A model generated the notes under the pieces. It saw only the letters and a program-made list of their open reading frames with translations. It ran no database searches and had not been told where the DNA came from. The position numbers and the translations under genes were made by a program. A DNA stretch of 64,000 nucleotides. Source: an uncultured bacterium. Lineage in GTDB: Bacteria > Acidobacteriota > Thermoanaerobaculia > Multivoradales > JAHZIX01. How positions within the stretch are numbered: the first letter of the stretch is position 1; each line of letters starts with the position of its first letter. Positions 44,477 to 54,817 of this stretch are shown here, piece by piece. The stretch is taken from positions 576,001 through 640,000 of the forward strand of contig CBDUPA010000001.1 in assembly GCA_965368975.1 (NCBI GenBank), written 5' to 3'.

Positions 44477-45427
44477 ATGCTCGATCTACGGCAAACCATC
44501 CAGCGCGTCCTAGGGTTGCCGCCAGAGATCCAAGACAAGCTCCTGCTCAGCCTGTTGGTCTTCCTGGTACTGTGGCTGCTGCGCCGGATGCTACTGCGGA
44601 TGGTGCGCCGCCGTACCGAGGATGTACGCGTCCATTATCAGTGGCAGAAGATCTCGGGCTATGTCTCGGCCTTGCTTGGCATCCTGCTGCTGGCCCGCAT
44701 CTGGCTGCAGGGTTTCGGTTCGCTGACGACCTTCTTCGGTTTGCTCTCGGCGGGCATCGCGATCGCGCTCAAGGACCTCTTTGTCAACCTGGCCGGCTGG
44801 GTCTTCATCCTCTGGCGCAGTCCCTTCGACGTCGGTGACCGCATCGAGATCGGCGACCATGCCGGCGACGTCATCGACGTGCGCATCTTTGAGTTCAGCC
44901 TGCTCGAGATCGGCAAATGGGTGCACGCCGACCAGAGCACTGGCCGCGTTCTGCACATTCCGAACGGCTGGGTCTTGACCCATTCCCTGGCGAACTTTAC
45001 GCGCGGATTCGAGTTCATCTGGAACGAGATCGAAGTCCTGGTGACCTTCGAGAGCCACTGGCAGCAGGCCAAAGAGATCCTGCTCGACGTCGCGCGCCGC
45101 CATTCCGAGCACCTGAGCGAAGAAGCCGAGAAGCAAGTACGCCGCACCGCCCAGCGCTACTTGATCTTCTATTCCAAGCTGACGCCGATCGTCTATACGA
45201 GCGTCGAGAACAGCGGCGTCCTGCTGACCATCCGCTACCTGTGCGAGGTACGCAAGCGTCGCGGCAGTGCGCAGGCGATCTGGGAAGACATCCTCACCAG
45301 CTTTAGCCAGCACGACGACATCGACTTCGCCTATCCGACCCAGCGCTTCTACGACAATGTCGTCGAGGGCAAGCCGGCAGCCCGCGCGAGGCCCCTGCCG
45401 TCAGGAGCACCGGTGTCTGGAGACTAG
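44477..45427 (+). CDS. mscS: Small-conductance mechanosensitive channel (MscS family)
   Basis: TM helices; ALKD...N..G, PF.VGDRIEI...GDV.D, IPN, FAYP. Confidence 0.9.
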   Translation: MLDLRQTIQRVLGLPPEIQDKLLLSLLVFLVLWLLRRMLLRMVRRRTEDVRVHYQWQKISGYVSALLGILLLARIWLQGFGSLTTFFGLLSAGIAIALKDLFVNLAGWVFILWRSPFDVGDRIEIGDHAGDVIDVRIFEFSLLEIGKWVHADQSTGRVLHIPNGWVLTHSLANFTRGFEFIWNEIEVLVTFESHWQQAKEILLDVARRHSEHLSEEAEKQVRRTAQRYLIFYSKLTPIVYTSVENSGVLLTIRYLCEVRKRRGSAQAIWEDILTSFSQHDDIDFAYPTQRFYDNVVEGKPAARARPLPSGAPVSGD

Positions 45428-45443
45428 CGAGAGAGCTTGTTCG

Positions 45444-47135
45444 CTAGCGACGCGGAACTGGTCTACGACTCCGACCGGCCGAGGTTGACGGAAAGCTCTC
45501 GTCGACGATCGCCTGCATGCGCTCGAGTTCACTGTCACTGAGGCGAGCGAAATGCTGCTTGCGTTTGCGAGCCGACAGGGTGCCGTCGCCCTGGCGGCAG
45601 AGACGGATGAACAGGCTGATCAGCCGGTCCGGCATGTCGGCGACTTCCTGTATTGCGTGCTTGGCCGCGTCAAAGCCAGTGAGGTACTCCAACTCGGCCA
45701 CGAGCTCTTGTTCGATTGCTGTGTCCAACCATGAGATCAACGTTTCTGCCATGTGAGTCAGGTCGGGATGGCGGTAGAGATCGATCGTCGAGCCCTCCAC
45801 CGTCATGCGGCCCTCTCGATCGAAGTGCCAGTCGAGTTGCCGCAGAAGCGGGCGCGAGAAGGTCTCCAGGGTCTCGTCGTAGCGACGGCGCTGGGCCTGA
45901 ATCACCGCGGACACCGGGATCACCACTTCCGGTGGCGTCACGCCACGGCGGGCGAGAACCCAGCGGATCAGCCATCGATGCAAGCGGCCGTTGCCGTCCT
46001 CGAAGGGGTGGAGGAGCACGAACAGGAACGACAGTGCGGAAGCCGCCAGTACCGGCTCGAGTTCGTCGTCGCGGATCAGCAGCTCGCAGACGTCCAGAAA
46101 ACTGGTCATGAGGGCATCGAGATCTGCCGCTTGGGGCCCGACGAAGTGAACGTGTTCCAGGTGGTCGGACCCGGCACCGCGCCTGGCCGATTCGCCCACG
46201 TACACGAGGCTCTGCCGCCAGCCCTTGTCGCGAAAGCGCGGATCGACGGTCTCGTTCTGAAGCTGTACGAGAGTTGCTTTGTCCAGCTTGTCGAGGCCTG
46301 GCGCGCGCTGTAACAGAGCGATGAAGCGATCCTCACGGCTGCGGCTCGGGCGCTCGCTCTCGATGTCGAAGCTGGCCATCGTCTCGCGGCTGTACAGGAA
46401 TGAGAGCGCACGGCGGATGACTCCATCGTCGTAGCGCTGTAGCAGGCGATCGATCCGCCTCCGTAGGTCGCTCGAGATGGGACGCCCCAGCGCTTCGTCA
46501 ATGATCAGAGTCCGCCGGATTGCCGGGGCCAGATCGAGTGTTCCGAGCAGGTTCAAATCGATGCGCCAGCGCTGCATCTTGCGTACCGGCCCGGTGACGA
46601 AGATCAGTGGGTCGAGCAGCGGCACGTAGTTGCCACGGTCCAGATCGGGTAGCGGCAGAGGCTGTCCCGTCAGAGTTTCCCAGAGGAACCAGAGACGGCG
46701 CCGGAAGGCACTGGTCGGCTTGTTGCGAACCTCTTGGACTATTGCTTGGCAGAGATCCTGTTCTCGACAGAGGTCCTGTTCTTGACAGAGATCTTGGCGG
46801 AGAGTCTCGCGAACTGACTGGTGGAACAGAGCCCGGCAGATAGCGATGTCGACGCCCTCGTAGCGCACCGCGAAGAGGAGATGGTCGATGTCACGGTCAC
46901 CAGGTGCACGGCCTTTCGGCAGGAGCTGGAAGCTCTGCCCAACACGCTCCACTTTGCGTGGCCGGGAGCTGTCCTGGAGAAACGTCCAGCGGCAAGAACC
47001 GACGACCTGCAAGCGGTGTTTCAGCACCAGCTGGGCATATCCCACCGGCCTACAGCCGGGTTCCGGCGGCTCGACAGGAGACCGCCAAGCTGGCGAGGAA
47101 GGAGGCTTGCTATCCGGTACGCTGTTCTCTGACAC
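45444..47135 (-). CDS. Fic domain protein
   Basis: HPFEDGNGRLHR; inhibitory-type ASFDIE helix. Confidence 0.92.
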   Translation of the reverse strand: MSENSVPDSKPPSSPAWRSPVEPPEPGCRPVGYAQLVLKHRLQVVGSCRWTFLQDSSRPRKVERVGQSFQLLPKGRAPGDRDIDHLLFAVRYEGVDIAICRALFHQSVRETLRQDLCQEQDLCREQDLCQAIVQEVRNKPTSAFRRRLWFLWETLTGQPLPLPDLDRGNYVPLLDPLIFVTGPVRKMQRWRIDLNLLGTLDLAPAIRRTLIIDEALGRPISSDLRRRIDRLLQRYDDGVIRRALSFLYSRETMASFDIESERPSRSREDRFIALLQRAPGLDKLDKATLVQLQNETVDPRFRDKGWRQSLVYVGESARRGAGSDHLEHVHFVGPQAADLDALMTSFLDVCELLIRDDELEPVLAASALSFLFVLLHPFEDGNGRLHRWLIRWVLARRGVTPPEVVIPVSAVIQAQRRRYDETLETFSRPLLRQLDWHFDREGRMTVEGSTIDLYRHPDLTHMAETLISWLDTAIEQELVAELEYLTGFDAAKHAIQEVADMPDRLISLFIRLCRQGDGTLSARKRKQHFARLSDSELERMQAIVDESFPSTSAGRSRRPVPRR

Positions 47136-47204
47136 GTCTTGGCTCGCTGAACGGTTATCGACGTCTGGAATTTATTACCTGGGCCAGATGGCGTCAAATT
47201 TTTA

Positions 47205-47723
47205 TTATGAAGCCGACTCCCGTGCTCGAAATTCCATGTACGAGATCTCCAGCGTCGGAAACTCGTCCGTGCCTGCGAGCAGATCGGGTTCCCCCTCGGG
47301 GCGCTCGGCGGGCCGGAAGCCGAGGGAGCGATACAGGTTCACCGCCGGTGTGTTCACCGCTAGCACGTTCAGCGATATCACCTTGGCGCCTTGCTCCAGG
47401 GCTCGTTCGAACAAGAAAGTCGTGATGCCGCGGCCGAATCCCTCGCCGCGGTGGTCCGGTGACGAGATCAAGCGTGCCAGGTGCCGCCGACCGTCCGACC
47501 GTGTCATGAGTTGGCCAAAGGCGACCACCGGACCGCCGCTAGCTGCAGCGGCGGTCCGTGTCCAGCAGTCGTGCACGTCGAATCGTAGGATCCCCGGCAG
47601 TGCCTCGACGTCGATGGGATAGCTGAGGCTCAGGCCGCTCCATTGGCGGCACTCCGCCTGGGAGCGGATCCACGAAGCGATGACGGCGAGGTCGTCGAGT
47701 TGGGCGGGGCGGTAGTCAGACAT
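47205..47723 (-). CDS. GNAT N-acetyltransferase
   Basis: P.HRGEGFG motif A; N..A..LY...GF motif B. Confidence 0.85.
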   Translation of the reverse strand: MSDYRPAQLDDLAVIASWIRSQAECRQWSGLSLSYPIDVEALPGILRFDVHDCWTRTAAAASGGPVVAFGQLMTRSDGRRHLARLISSPDHRGEGFGRGITTFLFERALEQGAKVISLNVLAVNTPAVNLYRSLGFRPAERPEGEPDLLAGTDEFPTLEISYMEFRARESAS

Positions 47724-47736
47724 GCCCGCGGTTGTA

Positions 47737-48900
47737 TCAGCCCAGTCCCAGCAGTTCCAAGAGTTTGCGCCACCAGGATTTCGACGATGCTTGGCTCGAT
47801 GCTGCCGTACCTCCAGATTCCCGTGCCGGTGCCGGTGAAGAGGCTGAAGCCACCTGCGGTGGAGTTTCGCGTCTGCCATCCGTCACCACGTAGGTGAAGA
47901 CGGGGCCGGCGTTCTTGCCGCTCCCGTCGCCCAGCGGGATCTGCAGCAGCTGCTGGGCGGCCAGGCGCAGCTGGTACATCAGGCCGATCGCGGTGTTGAT
48001 CCTGTCCGGCCTGCCGTTGAACGCTTCGTGCAGAGAGCGCAAGAGGTTGCTGTAGCCCCAACTGAACGTCTCGGCCAGCAACGCGAGCTGGCTTCCTGGG
48101 GGGAAGGTGAGTAACTGCGGATTGTCGACCATCGGGTAGACGCCATCTTCGTCGAAGTCGATCGGCGCACCGGCATACGCGTAGCCGTCGTCGGTCTTGA
48201 TCAGCTTCTTGCCGTAGTAGATCTCGCCGAAGCGGTAGTAGTGGGCGGGCTCGCCAGGAGACTCGAATGGACTGGTACTGGTGCCCTCGCCCTCGATCAC
48301 CACCGTCTCGATGGCGTGGTTGGCGCTCTTGACGTCGACGATCGGGAACAGGCGTTCGTCGTCGAACCAGGTCAGGACCTGGCGCTCGGGACCGACGATG
48401 AAGATGCCGTCGCCGAGCTGGGCAATCTTCTTCTGGATCGCCTGGTAGAACTGGCCGATGGTGGCGAACTCGGGTTCCTCCGCGAGAGCTTCGGTCTTGA
48501 CCGGAATCGGATGCTCGGGTTCTTCGATCTCCATGAAGACGTCCTTCACCAGGTCCTTGGTGAAGGCCTGGATCGGTACCAGGAGGTGCTTGTGGATCCC
48601 CATCGGCAGATGGCCGGGATATTGGGGGACGAACGCCGGGTTGTCGATCTGCGGGCTACCGCCGATCGCCACCAGGATGTTGGCGGCGATGGTCAAGTGC
48701 AGCATTTCCTCGATCACCACCGAGCGAATCAACTCGGAGATCTCGTCATTCTTGCCGGGAATCAGCGAGTACATCGCTGTCAAGTACGGCGGGATGGTGG
48801 CGTGTTCGAGTTCGATGGCATTCTGCAGGAAGTACTTCAGGCCCTCGGCGTCTGTGCAGGCTTCGAGATCCTTGAGGATTTGCGGGTCGATCTTGAGCAT
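47737..48900 (-). CDS. Ferritin-like domain protein resembling the VioB/RebD/StaD C-terminal domain
   Basis: LQNAIELEHATIPPYLTAMYS, EEMLHL..AN.L.AIGG, EGEG, AHYYRF. Confidence 0.85.
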   Translation of the reverse strand: MLKIDPQILKDLEACTDAEGLKYFLQNAIELEHATIPPYLTAMYSLIPGKNDEISELIRSVVIEEMLHLTIAANILVAIGGSPQIDNPAFVPQYPGHLPMGIHKHLLVPIQAFTKDLVKDVFMEIEEPEHPIPVKTEALAEEPEFATIGQFYQAIQKKIAQLGDGIFIVGPERQVLTWFDDERLFPIVDVKSANHAIETVVIEGEGTSTSPFESPGEPAHYYRFGEIYYGKKLIKTDDGYAYAGAPIDFDEDGVYPMVDNPQLLTFPPGSQLALLAETFSWGYSNLLRSLHEAFNGRPDRINTAIGLMYQLRLAAQQLLQIPLGDGSGKNAGPVFTYVVTDGRRETPPQVASASSPAPARESGGTAASSQASSKSWWRKLLELLGLG

Positions 48901-48915
48901 GATGGTCCTTCCCGT

Positions 48916-50856
48916 CTACTGCCCGGAACGGTTTTGGTGGGCGAGCGCCTGGCGCACGAAGTTGAACTTGCTGGCAACATCGGGCGCATCTGCGGACGCC
49001 TCGGCGGCTGCCGATGTCACGCCCTCGGGCTGCGCTGGGGGCGGATCACCGAGGTAGGGCTTGCCGGTCGCCGGGTCGGGTGTGGTCAGCCAGCGAAGGA
49101 TCATCTGGCGCTTGGCGTCAGACAAGTCGCGGGTCACGGGCATCGAGTTCGGATTGCTGATCGGCAGCCGGAAGCTCAGCTCCAGGATCGCCAGGTTCTG
49201 GACTACCTGGTCGTAGTCGGCCAGGTCGAACAGGCTCTTGCTCATGATCGGGTAGAGATTGGCGTACTGCTGCAGGATGGGCTGGATGTCCTGGTACCAG
49301 GTCGGCTGTGCCGGAGCCTCGAAGCGGTTCCAGGCCAGGATGCTCAGGTAGTTGAAGGGATTGGAAGCGTAGCCCTTGGGCTGGTTGTGGAGCTGGTAGG
49401 CGACGCCGTAGAGTTGACCGTCGAGGTAGCCGCGCGGACCCAGCGGCTTGCCCTGGTTGGGGCCATCGGTGGCCGCGCTCAAGGTCAGTGCTCCGTGACC
49501 GTGACGGTCGGTCTGCAAGCTGGCGGCATAGGTCACGATGCCGTCAGGTGTTCCAATGGGTGGCGTCTTGATGTCGGGAAGCTTGGCGCCAGTGCCGTCG
49601 CCCCCCATGAAGCCTTCCGTGCTGCTGGTCTCGACTGTCGCTGCCAGCGGTGCGCCGTAGCGTGTCGCCCACAAGTCGGCGCCGGCGTCCTGACCGGCGT
49701 TGAGCCGGAAGACGAACTGGTCGGCGCGCACGAACACGCCGTCGAGCGTTTCGCGGTTCATCACGGTGAAGCCGCTGCTGTTCTCCTGCAGTATGGCCAG
49801 CGGGTGATCGCCGATGTTGTCGACCACCCAGCTATTGCCGCCGAAGTCGAAGTCAACGACGCCGGCCGTGCGCGGATACCAGTGCTTCTGCCGATATGGA
49901 AGTGCGCCGATCAACGCGACCTCACTGGCATTGATGGTGTCACCCTGCGCGGTATCGGCGTCTTTCAGCACACCGAAGTGCATTTCGCCGAGGTTTTCCA
50001 GGTCACCACTGGAGTCGGTGGTCGGCAGAGCGTTGCCGAAGTCGGCGGTGACGCGGCAGGCACCGTTGTCGACCTGGGCCTGGATGTTGGAGATCTTGTT
50101 GTTGGGCACGAAGGGATAGGAGGCTTTGTCGAGCGTTGCCACGAGCTGCCGGCCGAGTACGAAGCGCTTCGGGCCGGTCGCCGAGGCGGGACCGATGGTG
50201 CCCACGACCCTGCCCGTCGTGTAGTCGGGGGCGCCGGGTGTCCGGTCGTAGCCGAAGACGTTCATGCGGATCGACAGCTGACCGTCGGCACTCGCTTGCT
50301 GCAGGGCGCAGAGCACTGGCGAGTCCGAGATGTCGTGCCACTCTACGTCGATCAGGTGTGATTGGTAGGCCGCGGCGAGGGTTTGATCGAAGGCATGTGT
50401 CGCGTTCTGCTGACGGAGCCACAGATCACAGAAGGGGGCAACCTCGAACTCGCTGCGCACGGCCGTTCTGCCCTTGGCGTCTTGCAGTCGAATGCCCAGA
50501 CCCCAGATCTCGGACACCATCTGCTGCTGCGGATCGAGGTCGACCAGCTTGCCAGCCACGCGGTCGTCGGCGCCGGTCAGCTGCATGCTGAGCACCGGAT
50601 CGTCCCCGGTGCCGCAAGCGCGACCGTTGAGCACGGCACCGGTGATCGCACAGCCGACCATGCGCCAGGCACCGGTGCCGTCGGGGTTCCAGTAGCCGTT
50701 GTACTTGACGATGGTGTCGCCCTTGGTCTGCATGATCTCCTGGAAGCTGGGGCGAAACTTGGCGTCGTCGAAGTGGCGCACATCGTTGTTGATCGTCGAA
50801 GTATCAGCCTGGAAGCGGCCGGCGAAGTGCAGGCGGGTACCGTCCAGATAACTCAT
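48916..50856 (-). CDS. Protein resembling the VioB N-terminal region
   Basis: MSYLD..RLHFAG.F.A..ST.NN start; W..G.G; Y..LYP.M; MPVTRDLS..KR..I..W. Confidence 0.7.
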   Translation of the reverse strand: MSYLDGTRLHFAGRFQADTSTINNDVRHFDDAKFRPSFQEIMQTKGDTIVKYNGYWNPDGTGAWRMVGCAITGAVLNGRACGTGDDPVLSMQLTGADDRVAGKLVDLDPQQQMVSEIWGLGIRLQDAKGRTAVRSEFEVAPFCDLWLRQQNATHAFDQTLAAAYQSHLIDVEWHDISDSPVLCALQQASADGQLSIRMNVFGYDRTPGAPDYTTGRVVGTIGPASATGPKRFVLGRQLVATLDKASYPFVPNNKISNIQAQVDNGACRVTADFGNALPTTDSSGDLENLGEMHFGVLKDADTAQGDTINASEVALIGALPYRQKHWYPRTAGVVDFDFGGNSWVVDNIGDHPLAILQENSSGFTVMNRETLDGVFVRADQFVFRLNAGQDAGADLWATRYGAPLAATVETSSTEGFMGGDGTGAKLPDIKTPPIGTPDGIVTYAASLQTDRHGHGALTLSAATDGPNQGKPLGPRGYLDGQLYGVAYQLHNQPKGYASNPFNYLSILAWNRFEAPAQPTWYQDIQPILQQYANLYPIMSKSLFDLADYDQVVQNLAILELSFRLPISNPNSMPVTRDLSDAKRQMILRWLTTPDPATGKPYLGDPPPAQPEGVTSAAAEASADAPDVASKFNFVRQALAHQNRSGQ

Positions 50857-51923
50857 CGGTCGCCTCCCGAACCCTGCTGATGCGGCCGTAGATTGCTCCA
50901 GTCCGTGTTCGTGGGGGCCTCGGCCTCAGCTTCGGCACCATGGCTGGCATAGCCGGAGGGACAATCGGTCGGGAACAAGCAGCACCACTTGGGCTCCGGC
51001 GGGCACACCTGGTCGACGAGGTCCCACAGCTCACTCGGTGGCTGCGCGACGCGGAAGCTCTCGTAGTTCTGGCTGACGATCGGCGCATCTGGCGGATCGG
51101 TGGGTTGACCAGAGAAGTAGAAGCTCTGCGGAAGGTTGTACTTTTCGCCCGTCGCCGGGTCGGTGATCCACTGGTCCTTGTAGAAGGCGTAGCCGAAGAG
51201 GATCGGCGGTGATGGCGGCGGTGTAGTCCAGGCGTAGGCGAGAAGGCTACCGTCGAGATGCTGGCTGCGCTCGGTGCTGTACGGCAGGTGCTTGATGAAG
51301 TCTGGCCGTGGTGGATGATTGAAGGGCGAGAACTTACAGCAGGTCGGGGTCACATCCCTCGGCGGCACGGCGCCGTTCTGCGTCGTACCGACTTCCAGCT
51401 TGCCGTAATTCAAAAAGTACGCCTTGTTGCCGCGCGAGATGAAGGCGCAGCTGTAGTCGTTGCGCATCGGGAAGATGGGTAGGCACTGGTTGTAGCCGTA
51501 GAATTCCATCATCGCCCCGGTTCCGTCGCCATCGGCGGGCACGTAGGTGTTGTCGTAGAACGTGCTGCCGCGCGAGACGCGGTAGTCACTCTGCGTCAAG
51601 TGCTGGGGCGGATTGGCGTAGGGCGGTGGAAACACCTGGTAGTTCTGGAACACCTGGTACATCGTCCACTGGCTCATCCAGTAGGGCGCGTAGTGTGGGT
51701 CTGCCGGCCGGCCTTCCTGGTCGGAGAAATCGCACTTGGCCGGCGGGTCGCAGAAGCAGTCGTTGTGGACGCTGTTGTTGGCGTAGATGTGGTTCTTCGC
51801 CATCGGATCGCTGGGATTGCAGCGCGGATCCTCGGCTTGCACACCTCCGGCCACGAGCAAGGCGGCAAAAAGTGCGGTGATTGCTGAGGGAAGCGAATGT
51901 GGAAATTTCTGGGTCTCGAGCAC
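50853..51923 (-). CDS. Secreted Cys-rich hypothetical protein
   Basis: GTG start with AGAGGAG RBS; signal peptide ending VQA; many Cys; 4-bp overlap with the next gene. Confidence 0.75.
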   Translation of the reverse strand: MLETQKFPHSLPSAITALFAALLVAGGVQAEDPRCNPSDPMAKNHIYANNSVHNDCFCDPPAKCDFSDQEGRPADPHYAPYWMSQWTMYQVFQNYQVFPPPYANPPQHLTQSDYRVSRGSTFYDNTYVPADGDGTGAMMEFYGYNQCLPIFPMRNDYSCAFISRGNKAYFLNYGKLEVGTTQNGAVPPRDVTPTCCKFSPFNHPPRPDFIKHLPYSTERSQHLDGSLLAYAWTTPPPSPPILFGYAFYKDQWITDPATGEKYNLPQSFYFSGQPTDPPDAPIVSQNYESFRVAQPPSELWDLVDQVCPPEPKWCCLFPTDCPSGYASHGAEAEAEAPTNTDWSNLRPHQQGSGGDR

Positions 51924-52039
51924 GGCTGACTCCTCTGTGTAATTTCGGCTCACGCGATACGCGAGACACCACCCAAAGGTGGGTCTCATCGAGTGCTTCA
52001 GTGCCAAGGGATCAGAATAGGAACGGAACGAGGAGGAGT

Positions 52040-52345
52040 CTACACCAAACGGGTGGCGGCGAAGCGGTCGAAGAGCCAGGGCCGGTTCACCAAGTTGACC
52101 GCCGCAATGCGTCCCCGCTGGAAGGTCAGGTACTCCGTGTCCATGGTGACACCGCCACTGCGCCAGGTACCGATGCATCGCGTCTGCACACCGACTGCCG
52201 CCGCCTTGGCGTCGCTGAGAAGACGGGCTTCCGTAAACATGGAGTCCCAGTTTAGCCGCTGGTCGTAGTAGTGCAGCAGGTCGAAGGCCGTCTCGCAACT
52301 TGCTGGGAGCTCGATCTGGACGTGTTTCTGGGCATGCTCCTGCCA
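52040..52345 (-). pseudogene. Truncated SRPBCC/polyketide-cyclase family gene
   Basis: AFDLLH.Y..RL.WD..F..A..GV..RC..M.TEY..F; ends early; the ATG near 52335 is out of frame. Confidence 0.6.
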
Positions 52346-52354
52346 GGAGTAGCT

Positions 52355-52452
52355 ACTCAACTAGCCGCTTCAGCATGTCACTGTAGCTCGGGTGCAGGCG
52401 CTGGATCGCTTTCGGCTCGGCCGAGTCCACCTTGGCAGGCGGCACGTTATGC
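52355..52452 (-). mobile_element. Degenerate attC-like site
   Basis: Minus strand GCATAAC gtgcc gcctgcca ... gctgaagc ggcta GTTGAGT; terminal arms pair, centre pairs poorly. Confidence 0.3.
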
Positions 52453-52638
52453 CAATGGCTTCTATGACTGCTATCGTTGCTGATCAGAACGTGACTGCTG
52501 CTGTGCTTCTGTAGCGCCTTGATCATACTGTAATCTGACTACGATGTTGGCCCGAAACCGGGGCTGACTGGTCCAAGAGATGCCAAGAGTGTGCACGTAG
52601 ACATACCGAAGGTTCGTGGAGCCTGCTACTTCGGATGG

Positions 52639-53505
52639 TTAGTTTGGTCTTTGGTTTCCCTGGGGGATTCGCTGAAGTTCTCTCTCAATTCGTAAGGCAC
52701 CTGCAACAGGAACGTTAACGGAGAAGGACTGCGAAGTCCCGAGGTCTCGGACATCAACTTCCCATGTTCCTGGAGCAACGTTGTCAACTTGGAGTGTGCC
52801 ATTGGCATCTGTCGTGCCTCGTAGCTCGTCCCCTGCTCCGCCGCCAAGTCTTCGTAGTACTATATATATATGAGCTAGCGGCTCTTCAGAATTAACGGTC
52901 ATGCGAATGGTCACTCGTGAACTCAAGAGGGCGGGATTAATCGTGCTTTTTTGCGTTTCTCGAATGAAGTCGTCCCGTTGGCTGGGGTCTAGAGCAGCCC
53001 AAAGCTCATGAATTCTGAATCTTTGCTGACCCTTTGACATGTTCGAGGCAGAGATTCCTTCGATTGTCCTCAATGCGGATTGTACCGAGAGTATAGGGCT
53101 TGGCTTGTCTTTGATCTTTGGCTCCTCTTGGGAGCCGTCGGATAGGCAGAATCTGATCTCGTAGTTATCTCTTCCGATTTCAATCTGGCGGGACTGTTGC
53201 TTCGGCTGCATTGAGTCCGCTTCTACCGTGACTGTAGCTTTCCCCGCTTCGAGGTCTCTGCAAGTGAACCGCCCTTGTTCGTCAGTCCGGCCTGATGCCA
53301 TCAGTTTAGGTTGTTCTCTTCTTTCAACCGTGCAAGTTATCCGGACCAGTGCGATGCCTGATTCTCGGCAGCCACTCCCAACCGTAAGACCGTTACAGTC
53401 TTCATCCTTGGCATCTAGACATACCAAGCCGCTGATCTCTGCTGCACTAATGATGTTCGGGCAGCAAGTTATTAATGTGGCTAATAATATGTGTCTTGCT
53501 GTCAT
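52639..53505 (-). CDS. Secreted hypothetical protein with carboxypeptidase-regulatory-like beta-sandwich domains (low GC)
   Basis: AAGGAGAG RBS; signal-like N-terminus; TDEQGRF...L.AG and TDANG.....V.PG.W motifs. Confidence 0.7.
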   Translation of the reverse strand: MTARHILLATLITCCPNIISAAEISGLVCLDAKDEDCNGLTVGSGCRESGIALVRITCTVERREQPKLMASGRTDEQGRFTCRDLEAGKATVTVEADSMQPKQQSRQIEIGRDNYEIRFCLSDGSQEEPKIKDKPSPILSVQSALRTIEGISASNMSKGQQRFRIHELWAALDPSQRDDFIRETQKSTINPALLSSRVTIRMTVNSEEPLAHIYIVLRRLGGGAGDELRGTTDANGTLQVDNVAPGTWEVDVRDLGTSQSFSVNVPVAGALRIERELQRIPQGNQRPN

Positions 53506-53535
53506 CGTGCCTCTCCTTGGTTACTGCGGCTGGAT

Positions 53536-54693
53536 CTAGTCCTGGGCTGCGCAGCTCTCTCGGATTTCACAGCTCTCACATGAGATCCTGAAGTGCTGTT
53601 GGATACTCCCCAAGGACTCTCGCGCCAGCTGCATGTTGGGTGCGTGCGCTTCGATAGCTAATGCAACATCCTGACATTCTTCTAGGGGCTCCATTGTCCA
53701 GAGCAGCCTTGACCCCTGAGGAACGTCCCTAGCAAACCCAAGTGCTGCGTGAGAGGACTCAATCCCAACACCCTTAACCCGGCTCAGTATTAGGCTAGAT
53801 TCAGATAGTGCTGCCTTGCAGGTGAGTCCTTCCTTCTGGGCGCGGCCGACATGAATTGACGTAGAAAACGTGAGAGTCTGGCTGGATGCGCCAACATGTA
53901 TAGGTTTGTCTATTTTAGTATTCCTGCTGCGAACTCTGAATGAGAGTTGAGTGTAGCCCTCGATGTCTTTGCCTATCGAGCTGCTTGCTGTTCTGTAATG
54001 TATCTGGATTCTGTAGGTGCCTGGCTCAAGACTATCGACTGTTAGCTGTAAGCGCCGCTCTTCTCCTCCGGAGAGAGGGCCGATTCTTCCTGGCAGCTCG
54101 ACGTTTCGGAGAGAGGAAGGACCAGCCGAAGTTCGCATAAGTCTGACTTCTATGAAATCAATGCTGAGTCTCACCGAGTCATTCTTGTTGTTGACGACTA
54201 TTGGAACCTTGATTCGATTCTGACTAACAAGACAGGTATTTACAGGGCAGCTTAGACTAATCTTCGGTGTGCGGAAGTACTCAAGCCAAAAGTCAAAGCC
54301 AGTGTTGGCGAGAGAGATCAACGTGAGGCTGAACGTGCATACTAAAAGGAAGAGGCTAAGGTTGTCGTTGACGTATTCTGTGATCGAGCGCTTCTTTCCA
54401 GTCTGCAGGGAGGTTACGCTTCCATAAGATTCAATTCTGAAGTCTCTCCTGATGGTTGGAGCAGCTTGCCGGAAATGCTCGCGAGACTTCCATAGGGTCA
54501 AAACTAAGTGACTTCTAGCAGAGCTAATCTCTAGAGACCACAAGAACCCGGGTAGCTTGGCTAAGTTATGGCGACATACTTCCCTCCGCCTTGGAGCGAG
54601 TGTGCTAGCGAAGACAAGACTCTGGTCGATTCTCTTTCGTATTCTCTTGGATGCCTTGGATAGGGCAAGCCTAGACCTGTAGGCGCGGAGCAT
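53536..54693 (-). CDS. Hypothetical single-TM protein (low GC)
   Basis: 385-aa ORF in AT-richer DNA; one hydrophobic segment; Ig-like L.PG.Y.I motif; start uncertain. Confidence 0.6.
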   Translation of the reverse strand: MLRAYRSRLALSKASKRIRKRIDQSLVFASTLAPRRREVCRHNLAKLPGFLWSLEISSARSHLVLTLWKSREHFRQAAPTIRRDFRIESYGSVTSLQTGKKRSITEYVNDNLSLFLLVCTFSLTLISLANTGFDFWLEYFRTPKISLSCPVNTCLVSQNRIKVPIVVNNKNDSVRLSIDFIEVRLMRTSAGPSSLRNVELPGRIGPLSGGEERRLQLTVDSLEPGTYRIQIHYRTASSSIGKDIEGYTQLSFRVRSRNTKIDKPIHVGASSQTLTFSTSIHVGRAQKEGLTCKAALSESSLILSRVKGVGIESSHAALGFARDVPQGSRLLWTMEPLEECQDVALAIEAHAPNMQLARESLGSIQQHFRISCESCEIRESCAAQD

Positions 54694-54817
54694 TGTTCCG
54701 GGATTCCTCTGATCTGCGTTTAGCCGCGCAACGCTAAAGCACTAACTTACGTTTACATGTCATGCTTTCGACTTACCGAACGAGGGCTCTCTAATACTAG
54801 TATCGAGGACGGCATTT

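Noticed and set aside
48241-50361. Long antisense ORFs (this 706-aa one; also 153-1304, 19170-20708, 29245-30894, 59914-61413)
   Set aside because: Shadow frames of real high-GC genes on the opposite strand, with no motifs.
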